Source: an uncultured Clostridia bacterium
GTDB lineage: Bacteria; Bacillota; Clostridia; Oscillospirales; Oscillospiraceae
NCBI GenBank assembly: GCA_946550725.1
Contig: CAMNQX010000009.1
Location: forward strand, 69 to 64,068
Direction of reading: 5' to 3'
DNA length: 64,000 nt
Made by a program: the position numbers and the translations under genes. Numbering within the stretch: position 1 is the first letter of the stretch; each line of letters starts with the position of its first letter. The notes beneath the pieces are model-generated. The model was not told where the DNA came from. It searched no databases and worked only from the letters and a program-made list of their open reading frames with translations. This document shows positions 33,927 to 44,800 of the stretch, piece by piece.

Positions 33927-35456
33927 TTGGAATATCTGCTGGGCATGGATATCGGAACGACCAATCAAAAGGCTCTGCTGGTCGCGGCGTCCGGCGAGAT
34001 CGTGGCTTCTGCCTCCCGGAAAAATCAGCTGATCCATCCCGGACCCAACATGGTGGAGCAGGACCCGGACCAGTGGTGGAGGAACACCGTGGAGATCCTG
34101 CAGGAGCTGGCCCGCTCCGTCGGGCAGGAGCAGCTGCGGCGTGTCCGGGCCGTCTGCGTCAGCAGCCAGACGGTCACCCTGCTGCCGGTGGACCGGGACG
34201 GGAATGCGCTGATGAACGCACTGATCTGGATGGACGGAAGGAGCGGCGATGAGCTGGGGCAGGTGCTGGACCGGGTCGGCAGGGAAGCGTTCATCTCCAT
34301 TGTGGGCGGCCGGCCCGATGTGGTGTTTCTGCCGGGAAAGCTGCGCTGGTTTGCGAAGAATAAGCCCCGGCTGCTGGAGAAGACGAAATGGTTCCTGCAG
34401 GCAAACGGCTATGTCAACTTGAAGCTGACCGGCAGGGCGTCGCTGGATCTGGACCAGGCAAGCCGCACGCAGTGTTACGACCTGGCCGGGCGGTGCTGGT
34501 CACGGACCATCGGAAACGCCATCGGGGTGGAGCTGGACGAGCTGCTGCCCAAGCCCTCCGCGGTCACCGACATCATCGGCCATGTGACCGAGGACGCGGC
34601 GGCGCTTACGGGCCTGGCCGCCGGTACGCCCGTGGTGGCAGGCTGCTGTGACGCCATGGCGTCGCTGTGTGCCATCGGCATCAAAAAGCCGGGGCAGGCA
34701 GGGGAATCCTCGGGGACTTCTTCGCTGGTCTTTGTCGGTGCGTCCAGCCCCAGCGCGACGAATGTTCCGGTGGTGGCCCGCCCCTGCCCGGTCAAAGGCG
34801 TGCCGTATGTGTTTGACGCGCCCATCAACGCCACCGGCGGGGCGATCAAGTGGTTCCTGGACAATATGGCCGGGGAACAGCTGCTGCAGGAAAGGCAGGC
34901 AGGCGGCGATGTGTATGCGCGGATGAATGAGATGGCCGCGCGCTCTGCGCCGGGGGCCAATGGCCTGCTGTTCCTGCCCTATCTGCACGGCGAGCGGGCG
35001 CCCCTGTGGAACTCCGCCGCCCGGGGGATGCTGATCGGTTTGACCACGGATACCACCCAGGAGGATATGGCCCGCGCTGTCTTCGAGGGCACCGCGTTCG
35101 CGCTGCGCCATGTGGTGGAAACCATCCGGGAGACCGGAACAGAGGTCTCCTCGCTGCGGATCACGGGGGGCGGCGCCCGGAGCGTTGAGTGGGCGCGCAT
35201 CAAGGCCGATGTGCTGCAGCTTCCCGTGGAGCTGATGGACGGCGTGTCAGGCGATGTGCCTCTGGGCGATGCGCTGATCGCCGGTCAGGCCGTGGGCCTG
35301 GGAGAGCTGTCGGACCGGGTGCTGAAGCCGGTGCGTGTCCTGGAGCCGGACCTGAAGGCACGCCCGGTCTATGACGAGATGTACGGTCTTTTCCGCTCGG
35401 TCTATGAAAAATTAGTGCCGGAGCAGAAACGGCTGGAAGAATTCAAGCGAAGGTAA
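33927..35456 (+). CDS. FGGY-family carbohydrate kinase (xylulokinase/glycerol-kinase-like), TTG start.
   Basis: LGMDIGTTNQKALL (phosphate-1) and the later GGGARS motif. A GAGGGG Shine-Dalgarno precedes the TTG. Confidence 0.85.
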   Translation: MEYLLGMDIGTTNQKALLVAASGEIVASASRKNQLIHPGPNMVEQDPDQWWRNTVEILQELARSVGQEQLRRVRAVCVSSQTVTLLPVDRDGNALMNALIWMDGRSGDELGQVLDRVGREAFISIVGGRPDVVFLPGKLRWFAKNKPRLLEKTKWFLQANGYVNLKLTGRASLDLDQASRTQCYDLAGRCWSRTIGNAIGVELDELLPKPSAVTDIIGHVTEDAAALTGLAAGTPVVAGCCDAMASLCAIGIKKPGQAGESSGTSSLVFVGASSPSATNVPVVARPCPVKGVPYVFDAPINATGGAIKWFLDNMAGEQLLQERQAGGDVYARMNEMAARSAPGANGLLFLPYLHGERAPLWNSAARGMLIGLTTDTTQEDMARAVFEGTAFALRHVVETIRETGTEVSSLRITGGGARSVEWARIKADVLQLPVELMDGVSGDVPLGDALIAGQAVGLGELSDRVLKPVRVLEPDLKARPVYDEMYGLFRSVYEKLVPEQKRLEEFKRR

Positions 35457-35501
35457 CGAGCCGCTCGCCGCCCGGCGCGCGGAACAGGAAAGGAGCTGCA
35501 T

Positions 35502-36644
35502 ATGGACCGTTTTTTTGCGGGAAGCGACATCATCTTTGGCCGGGAGAGCCTGCTGGCCCTGCCTAACATCTGGAAGGAGTTCGGAGCCAAGCGTGCGCTG
35601 GTCGTTTCAGACCGGGGGGTCTGCGCCGCGGGCATTCCCCAGAAGGTCATCTCCGTGATGGAGGAGGGGGGACTGGTCACCGACCTGTACAGCGACGTAC
35701 AGCCCAACCCCACCAACGAAAATGTGATGGAAGCGGCGGAGCGGGCCAAGGCGTTTGCGCCCGACCTGTTGGTCGCGGTGGGAGGCGGCAGCAGCATCGA
35801 CTTAGCGAAGGCGGTCAGCCTGCTGATGACCAACGAAGGTCCCATCGAGCGTTACGCAGGGATCGGAAAGGTGCCGAAGAAGGGACTGCCCCTCGTTGCG
35901 GTGCCCACCACCTCCGGCACCTCCAGCGAGATCACCAATGTGTGCGCCCTGATCGACACGAAAAAGGTGGTCAAGTATGTGATCATCGACAATAAGATCA
36001 CGCCGGACCGGGTGATCGCCGACCCCTGCCTGACTATGACGGTGCCGCCGTCTGTCACGGCGGCAACAGGAATGGACGCCATCACCCACGCCATTGAGAG
36101 CTACGTCTCCAACATGGCCTCGCCCTTGACGGCCTATCATTCCCTGACCGGCCTGCGGATCTTGTATGAGAATCTGCCCAAGGCCTACGAAAACGGGGCC
36201 GACGCCGAGGCCAGGGAGCAGATGATGCTGGGCTGTCTGATCACCGGGTTTGGCTTCTCCAACGCGAATCTGGGCCTGGTCCACGGGATCGCCCATACCC
36301 TCAGCGCGCACTTCGGCCTGGCTCATGGCGCGGCCAACGCCGCCGTTTTGCCCTATGTCATCGCATATAATGCGCCGGCCTGCCCGGAAAAGATGACCGA
36401 TATGGCCCGCCAGCTCGGCCTGCCGCTGACCGGGGACCGGAACGGGGACCTGTATGCGTTGGCGGAGGCGGTGAAGGCTCTCAACACCCGGCTGAACATC
36501 CGGACCCTGTCTCAGAGCGGGATCCGGGAGGCTGACCTCCCGATGCTGGCAAAGGATGTGCTGGCGGAGCCGGTGCTGGGCTTCAATCCTCGCCAAGGCA
36601 TTACGGAAGCGGACGTGCTGCATATCTTAAAGGAAGCGTTCTGA
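35502..36644 (+). CDS. Iron-containing (group III) alcohol dehydrogenase.
   Basis: GGGSSIDLAKA and the His-rich metal site region (HAIESY...HGIAH). Confidence 0.85.
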   Translation: MDRFFAGSDIIFGRESLLALPNIWKEFGAKRALVVSDRGVCAAGIPQKVISVMEEGGLVTDLYSDVQPNPTNENVMEAAERAKAFAPDLLVAVGGGSSIDLAKAVSLLMTNEGPIERYAGIGKVPKKGLPLVAVPTTSGTSSEITNVCALIDTKKVVKYVIIDNKITPDRVIADPCLTMTVPPSVTAATGMDAITHAIESYVSNMASPLTAYHSLTGLRILYENLPKAYENGADAEAREQMMLGCLITGFGFSNANLGLVHGIAHTLSAHFGLAHGAANAAVLPYVIAYNAPACPEKMTDMARQLGLPLTGDRNGDLYALAEAVKALNTRLNIRTLSQSGIREADLPMLAKDVLAEPVLGFNPRQGITEADVLHILKEAF

Positions 36645-37807
36645 TGGGGAAGTGGAAGGTAAAAGCCGCCGTGGTGCTGATGTCCCTGTGTCAGGGGCTG
36701 CAGTACACGGTGAGTCCGGTGCTGAACCAGATCAGCCGCCATTACCGCTCGGTCCCCACCAGCATGATCCAGACCCTTGTAACAGCGCCGGCGCTGGCGT
36801 CCATGGTCATGGCGCTGATCTCCGGCTGGCTGGTCACCAAGATCAGCAAGAAAACGCTGGTGCTCAGCGGCAGCTTCCTCATGGGCGCGATGGGGCTGCT
36901 GCCCTTGCTGAGCGACCACTTCTGGGTGCTGTTTGCCTCCCGGATTATGCTGGGCGTCGGCATGGGACTGCTTATGGCGCTGAGTACGGCAGTGATCGCG
37001 GAGCATTTTGAAGGCGGGGAACGCTCGGCGACCATGGGCATCCAGGGCGCCAGCGTGGGTGTGGGCGTGCTCCTGGCGTCCAGCTTGGCGGGGATGGTGG
37101 GGAAGGCGGATTTCCATGCCGTCTACTTCATCCACCTGCTTGCGTTCGCGGAGATGATCGGTCTGGCGCTCTTTTTGCCGGAGACCGGCAAAACGCGGCT
37201 TCAGACCGATGAGAAGCTGAAGATCAACGGACGGGTCCTGGCGCTCTGTGCGCTGACCTTCCTGGAGGCCATGTTCTTTAGCGCCTTCACTACAAATATA
37301 GCCTTGCACCTGGTGGGGGATGCGGGGGCGGTGACCGCCCGCGCGGGACGGCTGACGGCTGTGTTCTCCGCCACCCAGATCGTGGCCGGGATGGCCCTGG
37401 GCTTCGTCAGCGCCAGGACAAAGAGATTTACCCTGTCTCTGGGTGTACTTCTGTGCGCGTTGGGGAGTCTGATGCTGATGCTGTCCGCCACCGAACCGGT
37501 GCCGCTGGTGCTGGGAGCGGTGCTTTTCGGGATCTCGCAGGGACTGTTTGTACCGCACGCGATGTTTGAGGTGTCGGAGATGGTCAGCTCCGCGTCGGTG
37601 GCGCTGGCCTCCGCATGCTTGACCGTGGCGATCAATGTCGGGCAGCTGGTCTCTCCCGCGGCGCTGAATTTTACGGCGTCCTCTGTCCTGGGCCGCGCCG
37701 GTACCCGGGGCGTATTTGAAAGCGTGGCCATCGGCGGGGCCGCGGCTGCGCTGATCTCCGCCGCACTTCCCTTTATTCAAACTGTTCATAAGGAGGAAAA
37801 AACATGA
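36644..37807 (+). CDS. MFS transporter.
   Basis: 12-TM-like hydrophobic profile. ATGA overlap with the upstream ADH stop. Confidence 0.8.
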   Translation: MGKWKVKAAVVLMSLCQGLQYTVSPVLNQISRHYRSVPTSMIQTLVTAPALASMVMALISGWLVTKISKKTLVLSGSFLMGAMGLLPLLSDHFWVLFASRIMLGVGMGLLMALSTAVIAEHFEGGERSATMGIQGASVGVGVLLASSLAGMVGKADFHAVYFIHLLAFAEMIGLALFLPETGKTRLQTDEKLKINGRVLALCALTFLEAMFFSAFTTNIALHLVGDAGAVTARAGRLTAVFSATQIVAGMALGFVSARTKRFTLSLGVLLCALGSLMLMLSATEPVPLVLGAVLFGISQGLFVPHAMFEVSEMVSSASVALASACLTVAINVGQLVSPAALNFTASSVLGRAGTRGVFESVAIGGAAAALISAALPFIQTVHKEEKT

Positions 37808-38853
37808 AAAAGAAACTGGCTCTGTGTACGCCGATCCCTGCCAAGGAGATGGAACAGATCGAGACCTACTGCGACGTGACCGTCTGCGGCGAATTGAAGC
37901 ACGGGAAAGGAAATGTGGAGGAGGCGCAGCTGCGCGAGGAGTGCATGGGCGCTGAACTGGTGGTGCTGGGCGATGAGGCCGCCGGGGCGGATACGATCCG
38001 CGCCTGGGCCGAAAGCGGCATGAAGTTCATCGGCGTTGCCAAGGGCACCCCGGTCACGGTGGACTTTGAGGCGCTGAAGGAAGTGGGCCTTTCCCTTTCC
38101 TACACCCCCGGCAGAAACGCGGTGACGGTGGCGGAGTACTGCTTCGGCCTGATGATCGCCGTCACGCGCAATATCGCCGCCAGCAGCACCGGCTTACACT
38201 GCGGCGAGCACGTGGGCGAGTGCGTGGAGGATATTTACAAGGTTCCCAAGGTGCGCAACGTCATTTGGGGACCGTTGGATGAGAAGCACCCCTTTACCGA
38301 TTACGGGATCGGCTTTGAACTGTATGGCAAGACCCTGGGGGTTGCGGGCTACGGCGCCATCGGCAGACAGGTGGCAAAGCGGGCGCTGGCCTTCGGCATG
38401 AGGGTTCTGTCCTATGACCCGTACTATCCCGCGGACCAGATGCGGGAGCAGGGGGTGGAGCCTGCCTCTCTGGAGCAAATGCTTTCCGAGAGCGACATCG
38501 TCAGCATCCACCTGCCGGTGATGCCCGCCACCGAGGGGATCGTGGACAAGACCTGGTTTGACCGGATGAAGCCCACCGCTTACTTTATCAACACCGCCCG
38601 CGCGGCCGTGGTCGATCAGAGAGCCTTGGTGGAGGCTTTGGAGAACCATACCATCAAGGGCGCCGCCATCGATGTGTTCTGGCAGGAGCCTATTCCGGCC
38701 AACCACCCCCTGCTGAAGATGCGGAATGTGTTGTTGACGCCCCATATGGCGGGTTTGACGACCGATGTTGACGGCTGGTCCGGTGCCATTATGGCGGAAG
38801 ATGTGCTGGCTTACCTGCAGGGTAAGCCCCGCACCCATCTGTGGAAGCTGTAA
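37804..38853 (+). CDS. D-isomer-specific 2-hydroxyacid dehydrogenase family protein.
   Basis: NAD-binding GKTLGVAGYGAIGRQVAKR and the later catalytic His region LLTPHMAG. Confidence 0.85.
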   Translation: MKKKLALCTPIPAKEMEQIETYCDVTVCGELKHGKGNVEEAQLREECMGAELVVLGDEAAGADTIRAWAESGMKFIGVAKGTPVTVDFEALKEVGLSLSYTPGRNAVTVAEYCFGLMIAVTRNIAASSTGLHCGEHVGECVEDIYKVPKVRNVIWGPLDEKHPFTDYGIGFELYGKTLGVAGYGAIGRQVAKRALAFGMRVLSYDPYYPADQMREQGVEPASLEQMLSESDIVSIHLPVMPATEGIVDKTWFDRMKPTAYFINTARAAVVDQRALVEALENHTIKGAAIDVFWQEPIPANHPLLKMRNVLLTPHMAGLTTDVDGWSGAIMAEDVLAYLQGKPRTHLWKL

Positions 38854-38864
38854 AGGAGAGGTAA

Positions 38865-40838
38865 ATGGAAAAACAAAGTATGTGGAGCGGGGTGGAGCAA
38901 TTCCCTCATTTGTTTGCCCCACTGCGGATCGGTACGCTCCGCCTGAAAAACCGGATGATCGCCGCCCCCACCAGCCCCAGCATGATCAGCACCGAGGGAC
39001 ATTTTACGCCGGCCATGATCGCCTACCTGGAGGAGAAAGCGAAGGGCGGCGCGGCGGTGGTGACCTACGGCGAGGGTATTGTCCACTCGGCCACAGGCAA
39101 ATCGCACAACAAGCAGCTCCAATTAGACGCGTTTGGCGTGAAGCAGGGGCTGGCGGAGGCCGCCCGCGCCATTCATAACGGCGGCGCCTATGCCAACATT
39201 CAGCTCTCCCACGGCGGAAAATACGGAGGACTGGCAAGCGTGGGCGGCGACCAGGGCCGCTGCGCGGTCGCTTACGGTCCCAGCGCCGAAGAGACGCCGG
39301 TCGGCAGCGTCAAAGAAATGCCCCGGGAGCTGATCCTGGAGATCGTGGATTCTTACGGGAAAGCCGCGAAGCTCTGCAAGGACTGCGGCTTTGACATGGT
39401 CCAGGTCCATGCCGCCCATGGCTGGCTGTTCTCCCAGTTCCTCTCGCCGAAGCAGAACAGAAGGACAGACGAGTTCGGCGGTCCGCTGGAAAACAGGGCC
39501 AGGTTTCTGCTGATGGCTCTGGACGCGGTCCGCAAGGCGGTGGGTCCGGGATTCCCCATTGAGATCCGCTTGTCCGGGGACGACCTGAGCAGCAACGGCA
39601 TGAGCGCGCAGGAATGTATGGCGGTGGCCAAGCTGATCGACGGCAAGGTGGACCTGATCAACGTTTCCTGCGGCGATCACGAGGACCCCGCGCTCTTTTG
39701 CCGCACGCATCCCTCCTTCTTCTATCCCCACGGCGTCAACGTGCCCTTTGCCAAAGCGATCCGCCAGGCGGTCAAGACCCCGGTGGCCTGCGTCGGCGCG
39801 CTCAACGATCCGGCGCAGATGGACCGGATCATCGCGGACGGGGAAGCTGACTGCGTCGAGCTGGGGCGGGCGCTGCTGGCAGACCCCTATCTTCCCCAAA
39901 AGGCCGCCCTTGGCCGGGCGGCGGACATTACGCCCTGCATCCGGTGCTTTGAATGCTTTGCCGAGACCGGAAAGAGCGAAACGGTAAAGTGTACCGTCAA
40001 TCCGCGGATGGGAGAGCAGCTCCGGGTATGCGAGCGGCTGCCTGCCGCGCAGACGCGCAAAAAAGTGCTGGTCGTGGGGGGCGGACCCGCCGGGATGGAG
40101 GCCGCGCTGACCGCCGCCGCCCGTGGCCACGAGGTGGTTTTGGCGGAGAAGTCCGACAGGCTGGGCGGCAACCTGGTGGCGGCCTCTGCGGCGTACTTTA
40201 AAGAAGACCTGCGCCAGTTCCTGGAGGTCATGCGCAGCCGCGTGGCGGCGTCTGATGTGCAGGTGATGCGGAACACCACGGTAGACGGCGAGTTTGTCCG
40301 CCGGATGGCTCCTGACGCCCTGGTGGTGGCGGTGGGCGCCGAGGCGGTTCGCCCCCCGATCCCCGGTCTGGACAAGCCCCTGGTCAAGATGGCGGTCGAG
40401 GCGGAACTGAAGCCCCAGAGCTTGGGCGACAAGGTCGTGATCATAGGCGGCGGGCTGGTGGGCTGCGAACTGGCCATTTCCCTGAAGCACGAGGGAAAAC
40501 AGGTCGCCGTGGTGGAGATGCGAGATACGGTCGCGGCGGATGTGAACTCGTTTTACCGCGGCGGTCTGATGCCTCAACTGGAGGCGGCGGCTGAACTCTA
40601 TACCGGCGCCACGGTCTGCTCCATTTCCGACCAGGGCGTTGTGGTGAGTCTGCAGGGGCAGGAGCGGACTATTTTGGCGGACAGCGTGGTCTGCGCCGCA
40701 GGGTTCCGCGCGCCTTACGCCCTGGTGGACGAGCTGTGCGCCCTGGTCCCGGAAAGCTATGTAGTGGGCGATTGCGGCAAGGTCGGGCAGATCTATCAGG
40801 CGATGAATCAGGGCTATTTCAGCGCCAGAAGGATCTGA
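38865..40838 (+). CDS. 2-enoate reductase / 2,4-dienoyl-CoA reductase-type flavoenzyme (OYE-like FMN domain, Fe-S cysteine cluster and FAD/NAD(P) domain).
   Basis: OYE-like FAPLRIGTLRLKNRMIAAPT and HAAHGWLFSQFLSPKQNRRTDEFGG. Cysteine cluster CIRCFECF...C. Two dinucleotide folds, VLVVGGGPAGMEAA and VVIIGGGLVGCELA. Confidence 0.85.
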   Translation: MEKQSMWSGVEQFPHLFAPLRIGTLRLKNRMIAAPTSPSMISTEGHFTPAMIAYLEEKAKGGAAVVTYGEGIVHSATGKSHNKQLQLDAFGVKQGLAEAARAIHNGGAYANIQLSHGGKYGGLASVGGDQGRCAVAYGPSAEETPVGSVKEMPRELILEIVDSYGKAAKLCKDCGFDMVQVHAAHGWLFSQFLSPKQNRRTDEFGGPLENRARFLLMALDAVRKAVGPGFPIEIRLSGDDLSSNGMSAQECMAVAKLIDGKVDLINVSCGDHEDPALFCRTHPSFFYPHGVNVPFAKAIRQAVKTPVACVGALNDPAQMDRIIADGEADCVELGRALLADPYLPQKAALGRAADITPCIRCFECFAETGKSETVKCTVNPRMGEQLRVCERLPAAQTRKKVLVVGGGPAGMEAALTAAARGHEVVLAEKSDRLGGNLVAASAAYFKEDLRQFLEVMRSRVAASDVQVMRNTTVDGEFVRRMAPDALVVAVGAEAVRPPIPGLDKPLVKMAVEAELKPQSLGDKVVIIGGGLVGCELAISLKHEGKQVAVVEMRDTVAADVNSFYRGGLMPQLEAAAELYTGATVCSISDQGVVVSLQGQERTILADSVVCAAGFRAPYALVDELCALVPESYVVGDCGKVGQIYQAMNQGYFSARRI

Positions 40839-40976
40839 CGCTGCCCGCGTTCCGGCGCGGGCCGTCTGCGCAGAGCATAAAAGGGTTCCATCCCGTTGGG
40901 TCTGGTGCTATAATAACGACGGCCGCCGTATCAAGCACGGCGATCCGACAGCTCGAACGAGAAAGGAACTGGTATC

Positions 40977-41390
40977 ATGTGGTTTTGGCTTGCGCTGGGT
41001 TCCGCGGTATTTGCCGCGCTGACCTCCATTTTGGCGAAGGTGGGGATCGAGGGGGTCAATTCGAACCTCGCCACCGCACTGCGCACTGTGGTGGTGCTGG
41101 TCATGGCGTGGGGGATGGTGTTCCTCACCGACGCCCAAAAGGGGATCTCACAGATCAGCCAGAAAAGCTGGCTGTTCCTGATCTTGTCCGGTCTGGCCAC
41201 CGGGGCGTCGTGGCTGTGCTATTATAAGGCGCTGCAGATCGGCGAGGCGTCCAAAGTCGTTCCCATTGACAAGCTGAGCGTGGTGATCACGCTGGTGCTG
41301 GCCTTTGTGTTCCTGCACGAGAAGGTCACGGTAAAGTCGGCGGTGGGGTGCCTCCTGATCGGGGCCGGGACGCTGCTGATGGTGCTGTGA
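40977..41390 (+). CDS. Small EamA-like (DMT superfamily) membrane protein.
   Basis: 137 aa, about 4 TM segments, and the pattern LTSILAKVGIEGVNSNLATALRT typical of single-EamA-domain proteins. Confidence 0.7.
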   Translation: MWFWLALGSAVFAALTSILAKVGIEGVNSNLATALRTVVVLVMAWGMVFLTDAQKGISQISQKSWLFLILSGLATGASWLCYYKALQIGEASKVVPIDKLSVVITLVLAFVFLHEKVTVKSAVGCLLIGAGTLLMVL

Positions 41391-41443
41391 GCGGGGAAGC
41401 GGTTCGCCCTGGGGGCATGTTTGGCGCGGCAGACGACGCGAAG

Positions 41444-41477
41444 CGGCGGTGGCAGGATTGCCATCCGCCGTTTTTTT
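41444..41477 (+). terminator. Rho-independent terminator after the EamA-like gene.
   Basis: GCGGCGGTGGCA-ggat-TGCCATCCGCCG (one bulge) followed by TTTTTTT. Confidence 0.7.
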
Positions 41478-41592
41478 GCGCCGCAAAAGGCGAATTGTGA
41501 GAATTACCAAAAAAGGGCAAAAACTTTGTGCACAATGCGGGATAAAAAAAGAAAGTATTTTTGAATTTGTAACTGATTTTGTAACCGGACTG

Positions 41593-41601
41593 TGCTATAA
41601 T
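41593..41601 (+). promoter_or_regulatory. Extended -10 element (TGcTATAAT), candidate promoter of the giant surface-protein gene.
   Basis: Read directly, about 110 nt upstream of the ATG. No good -35 was found. Confidence 0.35.
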
Positions 41602-41713
41602 GGGTTATCACCAAAAAGTGGGCGGAATAGCTCCACAGAACTAGGCAGTTCGACGGAACACAGCAAAACAGGGAAGGCAAAGGGTACAACTAATTTTAGG
41701 GAGTGATCAAGGC

Positions 41714-41800
41714 ATGAAAAGTAAAACCTGGAAGAGACTTTTGGCGTGTGTTTTGGCGCTGGTGATGGTGGTGGGCATGCTGCCCATCTCCGCGCTGGCA
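41714..41800 (+). other. Sec signal peptide of the giant protein (cleavage after ALA predicted by eye).
   Basis: Basic n-region (KSKTWKR), hydrophobic core LLACVLALVMVVGMLPI, then SALA|AW. Confidence 0.75.
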
Positions 41801-44800
41801 GCCTGGGTGGACGATGTGCCCCTGGCCGCCGCCCCCGCCGGGGAGGAGGTGCAAGTGGCCGCGCCGGAGGCCGGGACAAGCCGCGACAGCGCGCAGACCC
41901 TGGCAGGGGAGACCTATACCCCGGAAGTCGCCAAAGCGGAGGGTAAAGAGGTCCATTACCTGGCCTTTGACGCCGCTGGGTTTACCAACGGCACCACCGC
42001 TACAGCGCTGACGATCCAGAACGCTTCCGGTGTGGCCATTTCTACTGCCCCGGCTACCGGGACCGGTTACCGCATTGTCTGCGGCAACCAGATCATGAGC
42101 GCGATCTACACCTCCGGGTCGGAAAAGGTGACCTTCCGTTCCGCAAACAACAATATTCCCGCCAGCGGCACTGGATATCAGTTCAAGCTGCTTGCGGGAG
42201 CGAACGGCGGCTATAAGATCCAAAGCCAGAATAACACTGCGTATTATCTGACCCATGGGATCAAAGAAAATGTTACCCTGGGGGCCAACCCCGCGTTTAA
42301 CGCTTATATTTTGAATACCACCGGAGAAGAGTTTTTCATTACTCCCGTAACGGATGGCTCGGACGGGTCTTACCATGTTTGGTATGCCGTCGAGCCGCAG
42401 CAGACTCCCTACACTCCGGACAAGGCGGAGGCGGACGGGCTTGACGTGCATTACTTCGCCAAATATACCAACGGCTGGACGATCCAGGATGAGGCCGCGA
42501 CGGTCACCGTGAAAAACGGCGATACGGCAGTGACCGGTGAGTTGTCCGCCGATGCGCAGTATCAAATTTACGACGGGAGCGTGGTTTTGAACGCGCCGTA
42601 TACCAATGCTGGCGCTGGCGTCACCAATGTGACCGCGCAAGGCATCTCCACGGACTTTGACTTTGTCCCCGTGGAAAACTCCAACGGAGCCTATCAGATC
42701 AAGCCGCACAGCAGCGAGCTGTATTTGACGCATACCGTGGTGGACTTTAACCTGAGCAACAAGGCTTGGAAGGGAATCCAGCTTGCCGGGGTGGGAGAGA
42801 CCTTCTATATCACCCCCGCCAACGACCCCAACGACGGTACCTATTATATTTGGTATACCACCGAGCGGGTGACTCCGCCCGAACCCGAGGAGACCATTGA
42901 GCACCATCAGCCCACCGAGGGGATGGTGCAGTATTACCTGAAGAAGGAGGGCGGCTGGGTCGGCAGCACCACGGCTTCCGACGTCAAGCTTGCTACAAAC
43001 AACGGGGCTGATCAGTGTTCTGCGGAGGACATTGACAGCGGTATCTATGGTATTTGGAGCCTCACCCATTGGATGCATGTTGCTGACAGCACTGTCAACT
43101 ATTGCACTACGTGGGGCGGTCACAACGATCAGCACAGCTTCCGCTTTGCCTATGATGCGACAGCAAAGGGCTACACCATTCAAAGTCAAAGTACCGGAAA
43201 ATACCTGCGGGCGGAGCGTGGGACCCTCTCCATGGGCGATGCCGGCACGATCTTCTATATTGATAAGGTAAGCGGCACGAATTTCTATCATGTTTGGTGG
43301 GAGAGCGAGATCCGTCCCGGCGAGGCCATCAGCGGGATGTTCGACGCCGCCCCGGACAACACCTGGGTGTTCACCGGCGGCGAGGACGTGGCCGGCGGCT
43401 GGGCCCAGACCGGGGGCCAGCGCAACTTCATGGGCCACTTTGAGGAGTATGTCCGCTGGACCTATGCTCAAAGCGGCTATCGGGATAGCACGACCAAGGA
43501 GCGCTATACCGTCAACACCGCCTACGCCGGTTTGACCCTGGCGGACATTGTCGGCTATTGGAACAAGTACGTGGCGAAGTACGATCCCCGGGCCGCAGTC
43601 TACATGGTGGGCGCGGAGGATAAGGACGACGCCAGTTTCAGCGAGCACCTGACCGCCTTTATCAACAGCGCCATCGCCCTGCGGGAGGACAACGGCTTTG
43701 CTGTTATCATAAAGTCCTATGACAGCAGCCTGTCCGCCCTGAACACCGCCGTGGACACGGCGGTGGACGGCCTCAAGAGCGATACGGCCAAGTTCAACCG
43801 CGTGGTGGTGGTGAACACCGCCCTCACTGACGCGCAGTTGGCCGACGACGGCCACCCCAACGCTGCGGGCCATCTGGAGCTGAGCAAGCAGCTGGTGATG
43901 GCGGCCTGCTCCAACGGCAGCACCGGCGGGAACTATCCCGGCGGCATTGGGATCAAGAGCTTCCAAACGGCAGACGCGCCTGAGACCTATGATACCGAAA
44001 AGGTGCCCACCGTTAGTGCGACAGAGGGCACGATGACCATTACCCTGGCTGGGGTGGACGCTTTCCACTATGAGCTGCGGCTGAACAACGGCGTGACCAT
44101 CTCCGGCACCGGCGCGGACGGCTCCGCCACCGTGACTGATGTGCCTGAGAACGTGGGCTACACTCTGGTCACCCGCTCCACCGACGGCGCGACCCAGTAC
44201 AAGACTGTAACGACGGTGGAAGCAGAGCTGAGCACGCTTCAGCGGACGCTCGTGGACAAGGTGAACGACAAGACTACGCCGTTGACCTGGCTGTTTATGG
44301 GCGACTCCATCACCCACGCCTGCCACTGGCTGGGCGGCTATGATTCTGTGGCCCAGCTGACAGAGGACTTCCTGGGTACCATTGGCCGGGACAAGGATGT
44401 GGTCATCAACACCGCCGTGTCCAGCGCCACCACCACCAGCACGCTGGACAACATCCAGTACCGCCTGAACCAGTTCCCCGCCCCCGATGTGGCGTCCATC
44501 ATGCTGGGCACCAACGACTGCGGCGGAATTGACGCGGCGACTACCTATAAGACGAATCTGAACAGCATCATTACCGCCATTCGAGCGAAAAATCCGAATG
44601 CGATCATCATTTTGCGCTCTCCCACCGGGAACTGGACGCCCCGCGCAGTGGGACCTTACTGCGAGGCGATGAAGGAAGTGGCGGAGGAGCAGAACTGCAT
44701 CTACATCGACCAGTACACCGAGACCCAGGGGATGCTGGACACCTACAGCAGCTGGATCCGGAACAACACCGCAAACTTCCCGAATCAGGTGTATTACGGA

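Noticed and set aside
41449-41706. 85-aa plus-strand ORF upstream of the giant gene.
   Set aside because: It spans the EamA terminator and the candidate promoter and 5' UTR of the giant gene. It has no ribosome-binding site and a Lys/Ser/Gly-rich sequence without motifs.
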